A stretch of DNA of 48,440 bases from a virus (IMGVR_UViG_3300037501_000009:1-48440), one strand, 5' to 3'. Shown: positions 34,914-46,000, counted from the first letter of the stretch. Made by a program: numbers and translations. The notes: a model not told the origin generated them from the letters alone.

Positions 34914-36074
34914 ATGCCCAAGAAGTCGAACGCCCCCGAACAGGGGCAGGAAGGCGGTCGTCTTGAACGGTTGCTGAACGGAGACCTTCTCAAGTCGATG
35001 GCGAGGTCCCACGGCAAGGGGATCATCATCCGGGCCTCGGAGTTCAGGTTTCAAGAGTTCAAGCGCCTGCCGACCGATATCTTCCAGTTCGACCTTGCCC
35101 TTGGTGGAGGATTCCCCATCGGTAGGATCAACACCGTCTTCGGTCCGAAGTCGTCTGGCAAGACGACGGTTGTCTTGAGGGCACTCGCGAGCGCGCAACG
35201 ACTCTGTTCCAACTGCTGGCTCCCTCCGACGGAAGAGGGCGAGAAGTGTGCGTGCGGCAACTTCCGGGAGTCGGTCTGCGCGTTCGTGGACATCGAGGGG
35301 TCGTGGGATGAGGGGTGGGCTGTTCGTCAGGGAGTGGATCCCAAGAGGCTTCTTCTTTCGCAGCCGGAGTTCGGTGAGCAGGCGATTGACATCGCGGATG
35401 CCATCCTACGTTCCGGAGAGTGCGACCTGCTGGCGATGGATTCCGTTGCGACTCTCACGCCGATGACCGAGATCGAGAACTCGATGTCGAAGGATCAGAT
35501 GGGCGCGCAGCCCCGGATGATTGGGAAGGGGATGCGGAAGATCGGCATGGCCTTGAACGAGTTGGCGAACAAGGCGGGCCGTCGTCCTACGGTTCTTCTG
35601 ATCAACCAGATCCGGTTCAAGATCGGTGTCATGTTTGGCAACCCGGAAACGCAGCCCGGGGGGCAGTCTCCCGGGTTCGCTGCGACGACCGAAACGAGGA
35701 TCTCTCCCGGCGAGTACAAGATGGACAAGCCGGAGAAGGGGAGCGAGGACGAGAAGGCAGGGATGATGAAGCCCCTGTACGCGGACATGAACTTCCGGGT
35801 CACGAAGAACAAGTCCTACGTAGCCCGTATCGAGGGGTCTTTCCGTCTGAACTTCGTGGACTCCCCGGTAAAGAAGATGGGGGACGTGATCGACGAACCG
35901 TTCATGGTTCAGCAAGCGGAGGCCATCGGTCTCATGGATAAGAAGGAGGGGTCGTGGCATCTTCTCGGTCAGTCGTTCGACACGAAGTCCCAAGTCGAGG
36001 AGAGGCTGATGACCGATCCGCAGTACAAGCGGGTAGTTCGAAACGCGCTGATGCAGGTGCTTCTGGCGGTGTGA
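34914..36074 (+). CDS. recA: RecA/UvsX-like recombinase
   Basis: FDLALGGGFPIGRI, GPKSSGKTT, FVDIE, DSVA, INQIRFKIGVMFGNPETQPGG, KNK. Confidence 0.95.
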   Translation: MPKKSNAPEQGQEGGRLERLLNGDLLKSMARSHGKGIIIRASEFRFQEFKRLPTDIFQFDLALGGGFPIGRINTVFGPKSSGKTTVVLRALASAQRLCSNCWLPPTEEGEKCACGNFRESVCAFVDIEGSWDEGWAVRQGVDPKRLLLSQPEFGEQAIDIADAILRSGECDLLAMDSVATLTPMTEIENSMSKDQMGAQPRMIGKGMRKIGMALNELANKAGRRPTVLLINQIRFKIGVMFGNPETQPGGQSPGFAATTETRISPGEYKMDKPEKGSEDEKAGMMKPLYADMNFRVTKNKSYVARIEGSFRLNFVDSPVKKMGDVIDEPFMVQQAEAIGLMDKKEGSWHLLGQSFDTKSQVEERLMTDPQYKRVVRNALMQVLLAV

Positions 36075-36451
36075 GGCAGCCTCTATGGCTCGACCCGAAC
36101 TACGACAAGGCACGACGGTCGAAGAAGAACGAGCGTCGGTGGGCCGAGAAACTCGGGGGGAAGCGTGTTGCTCGGTCCGGTGGTCTTCCGGTTTCCAAGT
36201 GGACCAAACGGACGGCTGGAGGTGACGTTCGTCTGCCCGACTTCTACATCGAGCACAAGATGACCGTGGGGCAGGCGCTTGGGGTGAAGAAGGCATGGCT
36301 GGAACGAATCGCGGAAGAAGCCGCTCTGCGAGGTCTCTCTCCGGCTTTGGGGATGACGTTCGAGGGCGGAATGAAGGCAGAGAAGGACTGGGTGGCGATT
36401 CCGCTGTCGATCTTCGAGGGCCTTCGCCGCTTGGTCGAGACACGGACGTAG
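36071..36451 (+). CDS. PD-(D/E)XK nuclease, Hjc-like Holliday junction resolvase
   Basis: ERRWAEKLGG..SGG..GDV..IEHK. Confidence 0.7.
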   Translation: MRQPLWLDPNYDKARRSKKNERRWAEKLGGKRVARSGGLPVSKWTKRTAGGDVRLPDFYIEHKMTVGQALGVKKAWLERIAEEAALRGLSPALGMTFEGGMKAEKDWVAIPLSIFEGLRRLVETRT

Positions 36452-36768
36452 AGGCTCGGGACATCGTTCCTGACCGTCGACGTCGGTCGGTCTTGTCGAG
36501 CAAGGTTGACGTGACCTTCCGGCTGGACTACCCCGAGATGCGTGCCGTGTTCCGATGTACGACGTGCGAAGTGGACATGGGGTGGGCAAACGGTCGTTGG
36601 GTGTGCCCTGAATGCCAGTACGAGTTCTCCCCGGCTCAAGCTGATGTGGTGCTCTCTCGGGTGAAGGATGGGTTGCGGCTTCTCCGCAAGGCTGTTCGGA
36701 GGATGCGATGGCCGACTTTTGGACGAAGGTTCTTGGCTCGGCTCGGGATACGGACCTCAAGGACCTGA
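36430..36768 (+). CDS. Zn-ribbon protein (start uncertain)
   Basis: CTTC...WVCPEC. Confidence 0.5.
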   Translation, partial: LGRDTDVEARDIVPDRRRRSVLSSKVDVTFRLDYPEMRAVFRCTTCEVDMGWANGRWVCPECQYEFSPAQADVVLSRVKDGLRLLRKAVRRMRWPTFGRRFLARLGIRTSRT

Positions 36769-37589
36769 TCGAGCGGTGGTCGCACAAGGACGTTTCCCCT
36801 CCGATCAGCAAGCGTGAGGGCTTCTGGTTCCGTGCTTCGACCTTCGCTAGTGTCTGCCCCCGCGAGGAACTTCTCTGCGACCTCTACGACGTGACTCGGA
36901 CGGAGCATCTCGATGCAGACCTGTTGTTGATCTTCCTGCACGGTAAGGCACTCCACTGGGCGTTGCAGAACGAACTGCTTCCCGAGATCGGGGTGCTTCG
37001 TGGGAAGTGGCTGTGCCTTCGTTGTGGGGAGATCTACGGGAGCGAAGAGAACCCGGTCAGAAGGCCGGGGGCTTGTGAGAAGTGCAAGAAGTCCGAGTTT
37101 CTGTATCGGGAGTTCAACTTCCGGAGCGAGCAGTACGGGATTGGTGGTCATACCGACGGCTTGCTCCTGTTCGAGTGCGGTTCGGAGTTGGAACTGTTCG
37201 AGGCCAAGAGCATCAGTCCGAGGGGTTTCTTCGAGGTCCGCGAGTCGCCGCAGGTACAGCACGTTGTTCAGATGCAGATCTACTTCTGGCTCTCCGGCTT
37301 GAAGCGTGGGCACATCTTGTACTGGAACAAGGGCGGGAACGGGACAGATGCGATTCGGTCGTTTGTTGTAGAGAGGGACGAGGAGACGATCCAGACCGTG
37401 AAGGACTTGATCGCGGAGATCCGGTTGAAGATCGGGACCGGGGAACTCATGGACCGGATCTGTCTGAACCCGAACGCACCTCGGGCGAAGAAGTGCTCCA
37501 TGACTACACCCTGTTTCGAGTGGGGCGTGAGGGTTTCTTTGCCGATCAGTGACGAGGAGAAGAAGAGATGGCAGAGACGCTACTCTTGA
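36708..37589 (+). CDS. Cas4-like PD-(D/E)XK exonuclease
   Basis: RAS..CPRE, GHTDG, EAKS, QMQIY and three C-terminal Cys. Confidence 0.8.
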   Translation: MADFWTKVLGSARDTDLKDLIERWSHKDVSPPISKREGFWFRASTFASVCPREELLCDLYDVTRTEHLDADLLLIFLHGKALHWALQNELLPEIGVLRGKWLCLRCGEIYGSEENPVRRPGACEKCKKSEFLYREFNFRSEQYGIGGHTDGLLLFECGSELELFEAKSISPRGFFEVRESPQVQHVVQMQIYFWLSGLKRGHILYWNKGGNGTDAIRSFVVERDEETIQTVKDLIAEIRLKIGTGELMDRICLNPNAPRAKKCSMTTPCFEWGVRVSLPISDEEKKRWQRRYS

Positions 37590-37924
37590 ACCCGGACCAG
37601 TTGAAGCCTCTTCCGAAGGATAGGTTGAACGGGGAGTGCTTCGCCTGTCATCAACCGAAAGCCAAGTGGGCGTTTGGGGAAAAGGAGGAGCCGATCTGTT
37701 CGCACTGCTTCCTCTACAAGTCCCACTGGGGTCACCGGCTGGCGATGAAGATCGCCGAGTTCGTTGTCGAGGTGGAGAAGGAGATCGGTCGGAAGTTCTT
37801 GCGTGATGCAGAGGGGAACCTCATCGCAGAGGAAGACTGCACGCGCATCGTCGGATCCATCGCGGTGATGTCCCGCTTGGTGATGAAGAACATGTTCCGT
37901 GTTCGAGACGAGGAGCCGTCCTGA
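37568..37924 (+). CDS. hypothetical Zn-finger protein
   Basis: CFAC..CSHC. Confidence 0.6.
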   Translation: MAETLLLNPDQLKPLPKDRLNGECFACHQPKAKWAFGEKEEPICSHCFLYKSHWGHRLAMKIAEFVVEVEKEIGRKFLRDAEGNLIAEEDCTRIVGSIAVMSRLVMKNMFRVRDEEPS

Positions 37925-38514
37925 TGTCGGATGTTCTGTTCGGGATCGATCCGGGGTTCCAGAACCTCGGATGGTGCCGGGTTACTCTAACTCCTGCCGA
38001 TCCGTGGAATGTTCTGAAGGGGAGGGTGGATGGCATTGGGGTTGTCCGAACCGAGAAGTCCAACGCGAAGCGGTGCGTGATGGCTGCCGATGACAACGTT
38101 CGTCGGGCGCGGGAGATCTACACGGAGTTGAAGAAGGCCCTGACGGAACCGAGTCGTGTGCGAGTGATCTGCGCCGAGTCGATGAGTTTTCCTCGGAACG
38201 CGGGTGCGGCTGCGAAGGTTGCCATGACGTGGGGAGTGCTGACGGCTCTGTCGCAGGAGTTCAGCCTGCCCATCGTTCAGGTCTCCCCGCAGGAGGTTCG
38301 TCGTTCCCTCTTCGGATTCTCCAAGTCGAAGGGGGTGTCGAAGAAGGAAGTCGAGGAGAACGTTCTGACCCGTTTCCCTGATGTTCCTGCGCGGCTCGCA
38401 GACCTCGGGATTGCTTGCGGCCTCCATGAGCATGTGTATGATAGCCTCGCTGCCGTGATCGCCTGTTCCCAGAGCGAAGTTGTTCGGGCGATCCGTTCGG
38501 GGAGTTCGTGTTGA
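37924..38514 (+). CDS. ruvC: RuvC-like Holliday junction resolvase
   Basis: FGIDPG, CAES, SPQEVR, SKKEV, HVYDSLA. Confidence 0.85.
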   Translation: MSDVLFGIDPGFQNLGWCRVTLTPADPWNVLKGRVDGIGVVRTEKSNAKRCVMAADDNVRRAREIYTELKKALTEPSRVRVICAESMSFPRNAGAAAKVAMTWGVLTALSQEFSLPIVQVSPQEVRRSLFGFSKSKGVSKKEVEENVLTRFPDVPARLADLGIACGLHEHVYDSLAAVIACSQSEVVRAIRSGSSC

Positions 38515-38837
38515 ACACCGTTCTTCTCACCGGGAACGTCGGAAAGATCCTCTTCGGAGAGACGAAATCCGGCAGTCCTTCATGCTCGTTCGAGTTGTTC
38601 TCGGAGAGACGAGATGGTGCCGCGATGATTTCTACGCGGACGAAGATCAACGTCTATGGTCCGCTGGTCGAGATCTGTCGAGATCGGGTGAAGACCGGGA
38701 TTCTCGCTTTCGTGGAGGGCGAGTTGATGAACCGGAAGGGGCAGATGGGGGAACTGATCGAGGTGCGTGCCCGGAAGGTCTACGCACTCAACCAAGGTGG
38801 AAGGAGAGACCGAGATGGTGAAGTCGAATCAGGGTGA
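38511..38837 (+). CDS. ssb: OB-fold single-stranded DNA-binding protein
   Basis: NTVLLTGNVGK..VYGPLVE..KTG..FVEGEL. Confidence 0.8.
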   Translation: MNTVLLTGNVGKILFGETKSGSPSCSFELFSERRDGAAMISTRTKINVYGPLVEICRDRVKTGILAFVEGELMNRKGQMGELIEVRARKVYALNQGGRRDRDGEVESG

Positions 38838-39750
38838 GTCGGCTGCGGCTGTGGTCGTGGAACCGGTCCCGGATGCGTGGACCGACAACCAGATCCAGAA
38901 GTACCGTGAGGACACCAAGACCCTCGCGACGGAGATCGACTCCGGTTACATGCGGCTGGCGGAGCGCCTGTACCAGATCTTCGACGTTCCCTGTCCGGGG
39001 GACCCTTCTGGGCGGTTCCTTTACCAGATCTGGAACTTCTCCGAGATCGGCGAGTACGTGGAGAACGAACTGGGCATTCACCGGAAGAAGGCGCAGCGGC
39101 TTCGCGGGATCTGGTATCGGTTGGGAGTCGAACTCTCGGGGATGGATCCTGCGATTCGTGCGCGGATCATCGCTCTCGGGTTTGGGAAGGTGCGCGAACT
39201 CGTTCGCGTGCTTACGGTCCAGAACGCTGCGGAGTGGCTCGACCGGGCGGAGAACTCCAACTACGAAACCCTCGTCAACGCCATCCGGGTCTACTTGCAG
39301 AACTTGGAGGCGGATCGGATGAAGGCGGCGGAGGAAGGAAAGGACCCTGAAACTGTGGAGACCGAAGTGCCTCCGGCGGAGGTCAAGAGCTACACCACGT
39401 TCGCTCTGTTCGAGGAACAGCAGAAGGTCGTGGATGCTGCACTCACGAGGGCCAGTGAACTCTCGGGTTCGGAAAAGCCCGGCCACAACCTGACGCTGAT
39501 CTGCACCGACTTCCTCGCGACGAACGACTTCCTGACGGGAGACCAGAAGCAGAAGTTGTTGTACCTCGCCAAGCTGGAACGCCTGCTTGGTGTTCGGCTG
39601 GTGGTTGGTGATCCGAAGACCAGCCGGGTCACCTACGGTATCGATAACCTCGAAGACTTCCACAAGTGGTACGGAACGGATCCGTCTTCCGAAGACGAAG
39701 AGTCCTCTGGTTCCTCCGGATCTTCTGATGCTACTGGGGAGAACTTCTGA
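38815..39750 (+). CDS. hypothetical protein
   Basis: AAGGAG RBS, about 311 aa. Confidence 0.7.
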   Translation: MVKSNQGESAAAVVVEPVPDAWTDNQIQKYREDTKTLATEIDSGYMRLAERLYQIFDVPCPGDPSGRFLYQIWNFSEIGEYVENELGIHRKKAQRLRGIWYRLGVELSGMDPAIRARIIALGFGKVRELVRVLTVQNAAEWLDRAENSNYETLVNAIRVYLQNLEADRMKAAEEGKDPETVETEVPPAEVKSYTTFALFEEQQKVVDAALTRASELSGSEKPGHNLTLICTDFLATNDFLTGDQKQKLLYLAKLERLLGVRLVVGDPKTSRVTYGIDNLEDFHKWYGTDPSSEDEESSGSSGSSDATGENF

Positions 39751-39986
39751 TGGCTCTTCCTGTTTCGAAGAAGACGCTGATTCGTGAGATCTCATCGATC
39801 CGGAATAGGCTCGGAGAACTCGAAGACACGCTCAAGAGGATTCCCGATCACGACAACCCGGTCGATGGCAACGATCCAGAATCCGTGCAGGATCCGGAGA
39901 TCTTCCTCTTCCAGCTTCGCGGCGAGTTGAAGGTATGCGGGGACAAGTGTACTATTCTTGCCGACGTGCTGGAGGATCAGCAGTAG
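39750..39986 (+). CDS. hypothetical protein
   Basis: TGATG coupling. Confidence 0.6.
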   Translation: MALPVSKKTLIREISSIRNRLGELEDTLKRIPDHDNPVDGNDPESVQDPEIFLFQLRGELKVCGDKCTILADVLEDQQ

Positions 39987-40003
39987 GAAGAACGTGGATC
40001 GGC

Positions 40004-40336
40004 ATGAGCAGTCCCATCTCCCAAATGTGGGCGAACGCCCTTCGAGAAGGTGGAACGCTCAACCAAGTAGCGTTTGATGAGCACTGCGTCGTCGTCGTAC
40101 CGTCTTCTCGCGTTTCTCCTGATCGATTCGAGACTGTTCTGAACGAGAACCGTGTGCCCTACCGACTTGTTGGTCGTGGTTCTGGTCCGGTGATCGATGG
40201 CGGGGCGGTGATCGATGCCATCCACATTCTGGCTGTGCCTTCGGTCTACTTCCGTGTGCTCTATCTTCTGTCTCGCCTGTGCGCTGTTACCCTGCTTCCC
40301 ATTCAACGGGACTACGGGAAGAAGGAGGAGACGTGA
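40004..40336 (+). CDS. hypothetical protein
   Basis: Overlaps the GTG of the next gene. Confidence 0.5.
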   Translation: MSSPISQMWANALREGGTLNQVAFDEHCVVVVPSSRVSPDRFETVLNENRVPYRLVGRGSGPVIDGGAVIDAIHILAVPSVYFRVLYLLSRLCAVTLLPIQRDYGKKEET

Positions 40337-41649
40337 AGGTTCTGGTCATCGATCCCATCATCATGTTTGGCGCGACTGTTGCCTCGCGTCTAGCTCATGA
40401 CGGCCACGACGTTGTGTACTCTCCGATCTGGGGACCGCGAGCGCAGGAGGTCCTTTCGAGTTTCTTGTGCGTGGGGATGGACCGAATCCGCGTTGATCAG
40501 GAGGGATGGACGAACTGGGTAGACTGGGCCGATGTGGTGACCGTATCCGGTTCAGAGCATCGTGGTCCGGTTGTGGATTTCATCCGAAAGCGCGGTGTAC
40601 CTGTGGCAGGACCCGGATCGTGGGGTGCTGCGCTTGAACTGAACCGAGAGTTCGGATTCGAGATCTTCAAGAAGATGGGCATGAACCCACCGTCTTCGAG
40701 GTCCTTCGACAGCATCGATTCCCTCGTGAAGTACGTGGTGAAAAACCCCGCTCGGTACGTGTTGAAGTTGGATCAGACGTTCCGTGAGGTGGCGGAGACC
40801 TACGTCGGTAGGGATCCTGATGGCGGAGATCTGATCGGGGAGGCAAAGGCTATTGCTTCCAAGCTGTGGTACGCCGGGAATCGTCTTCGCTTCTACTTGC
40901 AGGACTTCCTTGAAGGGGTGGAGGTCGGCGTCACGGGTTGGTTCAACGGAGAGACCTTCGTCGGTGGTCTTCGGCTTGGGTACGAATCGAGACACGGGTT
41001 CGTCTACGACATGCGGGTAGACGGGTCGGCGTTGGTCGATCAACCGAAGATCGAGACTGTTCTCCGAGAAGCAGGTTTCCGTGGTCTTATCGACCTGAAC
41101 GGTATCCTTGTTGGTCGCACGTTCCGTCCCATCGAGTTCACGCCCCGATGGGGAAAGGGCATGACCGAGTTCGCCTGCTTTGCGGCTCCTGATCTCGGTG
41201 AGGTTCTTCAAGCGGTAGCGACCGGAGGAAAGGTCAATCCCTACGAGTCCGGGTTGAATGGGAAGGTCGTGGCTCTTGTGAACTCGATTGTTCACGGGGA
41301 GACGGTTCACGAGATCACGACTCCAGATGGCATTCCTGTTCTACGGAAGGACTCCGGGTTCTTCGTGGAGTGGCCGACCAGAAACTCGGAAGGTCGTTGG
41401 TTGGCTCTTCCCTGTGACGTGCTCGACAAGCGATGGAGCATGTACCTCGGGGTCGGAAAGGACCTAGACGCGGCCCTTGCCAAGGCCGAGGCGATGAGCA
41501 AAGAGGTGTACATTGCGGATTCTGGAATCGCGCCAGCGCAGTTGAAGGACGACGTAGAAGCAGGCATGGACCGGGTTCGTTCGGTTCTGAAGAAGGAAGA
41601 GTGGATTGAGGATGTGGCGAAGGAGATGAAGCACGTCTGGGGAGGATGA
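40333..41649 (+). CDS. PurD-like ATP-grasp ligase
   Basis: GPGSWGAALELNREFG..MGMNPP, YVLK, LQDFLEGVEV..WFNG, GLIDLN, EFTPRWG. Confidence 0.75.
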   Translation: MKVLVIDPIIMFGATVASRLAHDGHDVVYSPIWGPRAQEVLSSFLCVGMDRIRVDQEGWTNWVDWADVVTVSGSEHRGPVVDFIRKRGVPVAGPGSWGAALELNREFGFEIFKKMGMNPPSSRSFDSIDSLVKYVVKNPARYVLKLDQTFREVAETYVGRDPDGGDLIGEAKAIASKLWYAGNRLRFYLQDFLEGVEVGVTGWFNGETFVGGLRLGYESRHGFVYDMRVDGSALVDQPKIETVLREAGFRGLIDLNGILVGRTFRPIEFTPRWGKGMTEFACFAAPDLGEVLQAVATGGKVNPYESGLNGKVVALVNSIVHGETVHEITTPDGIPVLRKDSGFFVEWPTRNSEGRWLALPCDVLDKRWSMYLGVGKDLDAALAKAEAMSKEVYIADSGIAPAQLKDDVEAGMDRVRSVLKKEEWIEDVAKEMKHVWGG

Positions 41650-41652
41650 TCC

Positions 41653-41916
41653 TTGTCTCAGGATGACTTCATCTACATGACCTGCAACTCGATGGGTCTG
41701 TGGCTGCGATTCATCGGTGCTCTCCACCGATTCGTGCATGTGGTTCGTACAGGTCACCGGACTTCGGTTGCGGGCTTTGCTGATGGGTTGACCGTGACCT
41801 ACTGTGGGACCTGTGCTTCGGAGAAGCGGGTGACTTTCCTCGGTCTTCGCTCTTTCCCTGCGGTTCGACCGTCGGTCAAGAGGGGACCGGACGGTCCCTC
41901 GCGGAGTACGTCCTGA
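41653..41916 (+). CDS. hypothetical protein
   Basis: GGAGG RBS; coupled to the next gene. Confidence 0.45.
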   Translation: MSQDDFIYMTCNSMGLWLRFIGALHRFVHVVRTGHRTSVAGFADGLTVTYCGTCASEKRVTFLGLRSFPAVRPSVKRGPDGPSRSTS

Positions 41917-42383
41917 TGCACTTGGCTATCGACCTCGACAACACCATCTTCTGGTACGACCCGAAGATGGAGGAGGAGTTTGGTCCGTTGGTTCCCGGTG
42001 CGGATGTAGCCATCCGCAAGCTGAAGAAGGCCGGGCACATGATCCTGATCTGGACCTGCCGGTTGAACGCTAGCCGGTACACGGAGTCCGAGGTCCTTGA
42101 CCAGAGGAACAAGATCGCCACTGCGTTGATGGCAAGCGGTGTTCCGTTCGATCAGCTTGTTGTCGGCGAGCGTGGGAAGGTGCTTGCGGACTTCTACATC
42201 GATGATCGTGCGATTGGCGTTCCCATCCGGTTGTGGAAGGGAAAGGCCGTCGTTGATTGGCAACAAGCGTACAAGCTGGTATTGTTGAGAGGTGTTGCCG
42301 AACGGATTGGTCGCGTTCGGCGAGAGAGGAAGCCCCGTGACTCGAAAGCCACGCCAGTCTCGGATTCGTCTGACCAGCCGTGA
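41916..42383 (+). CDS. HAD-family phosphatase
   Basis: DLDNT motif I, IWTCR, K..ADFYIDDRA motifs III/IV. Confidence 0.85.
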   Translation: MHLAIDLDNTIFWYDPKMEEEFGPLVPGADVAIRKLKKAGHMILIWTCRLNASRYTESEVLDQRNKIATALMASGVPFDQLVVGERGKVLADFYIDDRAIGVPIRLWKGKAVVDWQQAYKLVLLRGVAERIGRVRRERKPRDSKATPVSDSSDQP

Positions 42384-43074
42384 GACTGCTACCCGGCGGT
42401 TTACTCGACTTCGTTCGCTCGGGTGCTTCAACGAGGTTTTCCAGAAGGTCATCGCGGGTCATCCTCTGCGTGAGATCGCCCGGTTCATCCAGAAGGACCA
42501 CAACGAGTACACGGAGGTCACGGAGGACAGTCTTCTTTCCCTGATCTCCGACTTCCGCCGGTCTCTCCCTTCGGGCACGATCTTGAAGGGCACGATGCCT
42601 GAGTTCTTCCACGAGAAGGCCCAAGAGGTACGTACTGGCATCGACGAGTTGGATGAACTGTCGAAGCTGTACGCGATGCAGATGGGACGGATCGCCATCG
42701 ATGCGGCCACGGAGAGGAAGATCAAGAAGCTGTTCTCCACGATGCCGAAGGAGATCGCACTCGCGAGGGAGATCCTCGAAACGTCGGCGCAGTTGAAGAT
42801 GGACCTCGGTCTGGATGAACGCCACATCGGGCGCATGGACGTGAACACGAGGGTCGTGGCGGACATCGAGCATCGGTTCGGAGTGAAGGTCTCGGAGGTG
42901 ATGGGGAACCCCGACTCGCGTAGGAAGCTGCTTGGGATCATGGAACGTCTTTCGACGCTTGCTCCGAAGGTGATCGATGCAGAGCCGGTGCTTCCTGCGG
43001 AAAGCGGCCCTGCTTCGCCTGTTTCCCCGGACACCACGAAGGCGGATCCTACGTCTGAGGCGGAGCACGTATGA
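42292..43074 (+). CDS. probable terminase small subunit
   Basis: Helical protein coupled (ATGA) to terL; called from position only. Confidence 0.45.
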   Translation: MLPNGLVAFGERGSPVTRKPRQSRIRLTSRETATRRFTRLRSLGCFNEVFQKVIAGHPLREIARFIQKDHNEYTEVTEDSLLSLISDFRRSLPSGTILKGTMPEFFHEKAQEVRTGIDELDELSKLYAMQMGRIAIDAATERKIKKLFSTMPKEIALAREILETSAQLKMDLGLDERHIGRMDVNTRVVADIEHRFGVKVSEVMGNPDSRRKLLGIMERLSTLAPKVIDAEPVLPAESGPASPVSPDTTKADPTSEAEHV

Positions 43075-46000
43075 TCGTCGAGAAGGACGGACGGTCTCGC
43101 AGCATTCGTACTGCGGATGAAGCCCGCAAGCTGTTGGAGAAGGAACTGTCGTCCCTGACTCCGGACGAACAGGCGGCGCTTCAGGCCCTTCTTTCGAACC
43201 CGGAAGCGGCTGCCTCCATCCCGTCGGCGATGGCTGAGTTGGAGTACGAGCAGGAGCCGGTCAGCATCGAGCAGTTCGTCAACGACCCCTACTACCTCGG
43301 GAACACCTGTTCGTCGCTCTTTCCTCGGCTACTCGAAGACCTCATCGAGTTGTTCGATGGGACGTACCACGAGGCGGTGTTCACGGGAGCCATCGGTTGG
43401 GGCAAGTGCGTTCACCTTGGCACCGAGATCTTCAACGTGGGAGAGGGTCGCCGGGAAACCGTGAAGCAGTCCATCGAGTCGGGGGGACCGTTGTCGGTTC
43501 CTTCTGTGGATGGCCACGGTAGGGTGCATGGCCGTTTTGCCACGGCAACTCTGTCTGGAAGGAAGCTGTGTATTCAGATCGATCTGGATGGAGGTCAGAA
43601 GATCATTCTCAGCCGAGACCACCCTGTTCTCACAGGACGTGGTTGGGTTCCTGCGGAGCAGGTTCGGCTCGATGATCTTGTGGCAACCCCGAGGTCTGTT
43701 CCGGAGCCGGTCACCACAGCGAACGTTTCAGACGACGTAGTGAAGTTGGTAGCGTATCTTCTGGCCGACGGAGGTTGTACAGGACCAACAACGTTTACGA
43801 ACGAGGCACCAGAGATCCTGTCCGAGTTCGCCAATCTGGTTGGTCGCCTAGGTGATGCCTCTCGGTACGACAAGTGTCATCAGCATGTTCGTCCGGGGGT
43901 TACGAAAGTCGAAGATGGGAACTCTGGTAAGGCAACGACCCTTCGTGCTTGTGGTGTACGGTGGGCAGTGTGGGACTACGATCTCGATGTTCCGTCCCGG
44001 GATAAGAGGTTGCCTGCCGAGTTCTACGGTCTCAGCCGGGAACAGGTAGCGTTGTTCTTGAACCGGTTCTGGTCTTGTGATGGATCGGTGTACGTGAACA
44101 AGCCTCAGAAGGCGGAGGTGACTCTAGCCTCGGAGGGTCTGATCGATGATCTCCGTTTCCTTCTTCTTCGTCTTGGGGTGTTTTCTCGGAAGTACCACAA
44201 GAAGAAGTCCTACCGAACCGAGGATGGGGAGAAACGAGAGTTCGACGCTTGGTGCCTGACGGTTACCGGGGTGGACAACTTACTACGGTTCGTTCAAGAG
44301 GTGGGACCTGTTTTTACTAAGGAAGAATCCTGCGTTGAACTGGAGAAGGTCTGCCGGGAGATCAAGTCGAACCCGAACGTAGATGTTGTTCCTGTGGGTC
44401 TACAGGAGCTTCGTGAGATCCGGAAAGAGTTGGGAAGTCGAGGGGCACGTCTTCTACGGGAGTTCGGTTGTCCGAAGGATCAGCGTCTCAGCCGCCAGAG
44501 GTTTGAGCGTTTGTGCGCGCAGTACTCTTACCGAGGGAAGTACGCTTGGCTTGCTTCCTCGGACATCTTCTGGGAGAGGGTAAAGTCGCTTGCGGATGCA
44601 GGGGAGCATCAGGTAGGCGACCTCTCTGTACCCGGTACGCACAGCTTTGTTGGGAACGGGATCATCGTTCATAACACGTTTCTTGCGTCCATCGGGGTCT
44701 GCCGCATCCTCTACGAGTTGTCCTGCCTGCGAAGTCCGCAGGAGACGTTCGGACTTGCCCCGGGGTCGAACATCTCGTTGGTCATGCTCTCGGTCAACGA
44801 GCAGTTGGCGACCAAGGTTGTGTACGAGAACATCACGGGGAAGTTGCAGGCCAGTCCCTACTTCAAGGAGAAGTTCCCGTTCGAGATCACGAAGAAGGAG
44901 ATGCGGTTTCCGAACTCGGTCTGGGTTGCTCCTCGGGCCTCGACGGACACCTCTGTTCTTGGGTTGAACGTCTTTGGTGGCGTGCTGGACGAGTGCCTTC
45001 CCGAGGATGCACGGGTTTTGATGGGGGACGGGACTGAGGTTCTCGTTCGGAACATCCCGGTAGGGCGGCAGTTCGACATCACGACGTTCGACTTTTCGTT
45101 GGGGAAGAGGGTCGTGGCTTCCGCGACGATGAAGCGAGCATCGGATCAAGAAGTGCTGGAACTGGTCTTGAGCAACAGTTCCGTTCTGCGTGCTTCGTGG
45201 AATCACCCTATCGCGGTTAGACGTTCCGAGCAGTACGAGTTCGTCCTATTCCGTGATATACTTCCCGGAGACGAGGTGGTTTGCTTTGGGAAGGAAGAGG
45301 CGGAAGCAGAGTGCGGAGACGCGACAGAAGATCGCAAGAGCGATGCGGGGACGGGTGTTCTCCAAGGAGACGCGAAGGCGGATGAGCGAGTCTGCGAAGC
45401 GTCGGGCGGCGGAAGGACGGTTGAAACCTCCTCCACCGATGCGCGGGAAGAAGAACCCGATGTTCGGGAAGCGCCTGTCGGACGAAGCCAAGCAGAGAAT
45501 CTCCAGAGCGAACAAGGGCAGGAAACACACAGTCGAAGCGCGTCGGAAGATGTCCGAGGCTTGCAGGGGGAAGAAAGTCCACGCGGAGGAGTTCAAGAAG
45601 GCGCTTGCAGAGAGGAACAGGACACGGGTGTTTCGGCATACCGAGGCGTCGAAGAAGAAGATCTCGCGTTCCAGCGTGTGGAACAGACGGAAGGGCGACT
45701 TTCGGTACAAGGGGTACGTCCAGACTACGAAGGGAGGGCGGATCGGATTTCGGAGCCTGTGGGAACTTCGGGCGGTGGAACTTCTGGAGGCCGATCCAAA
45801 GGTGGAACGAGTCGAGTACGAGACGTTGGCTGTGCCCTATCAGCGGGACGGGAAGTCCCGGTGGACTCTTCCAGACTTCCGAGTGTGGTTGACGGACGGA
45901 TCCCAGAAGGTCATCGAAGTGAAGCCAAGAGGCTTCACCTACAACGCGAAGGAACGAGCGAAGATGGGAGCCGCTCGCGCATTCTGCGAGGAGCGAGGTT

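Noticed and set aside
36708-37589. CRISPR-Cas adaptation module
   Set aside because: It is a solo Cas4-like nuclease among recombination genes, with no cas1, cas2 or CRISPR array.
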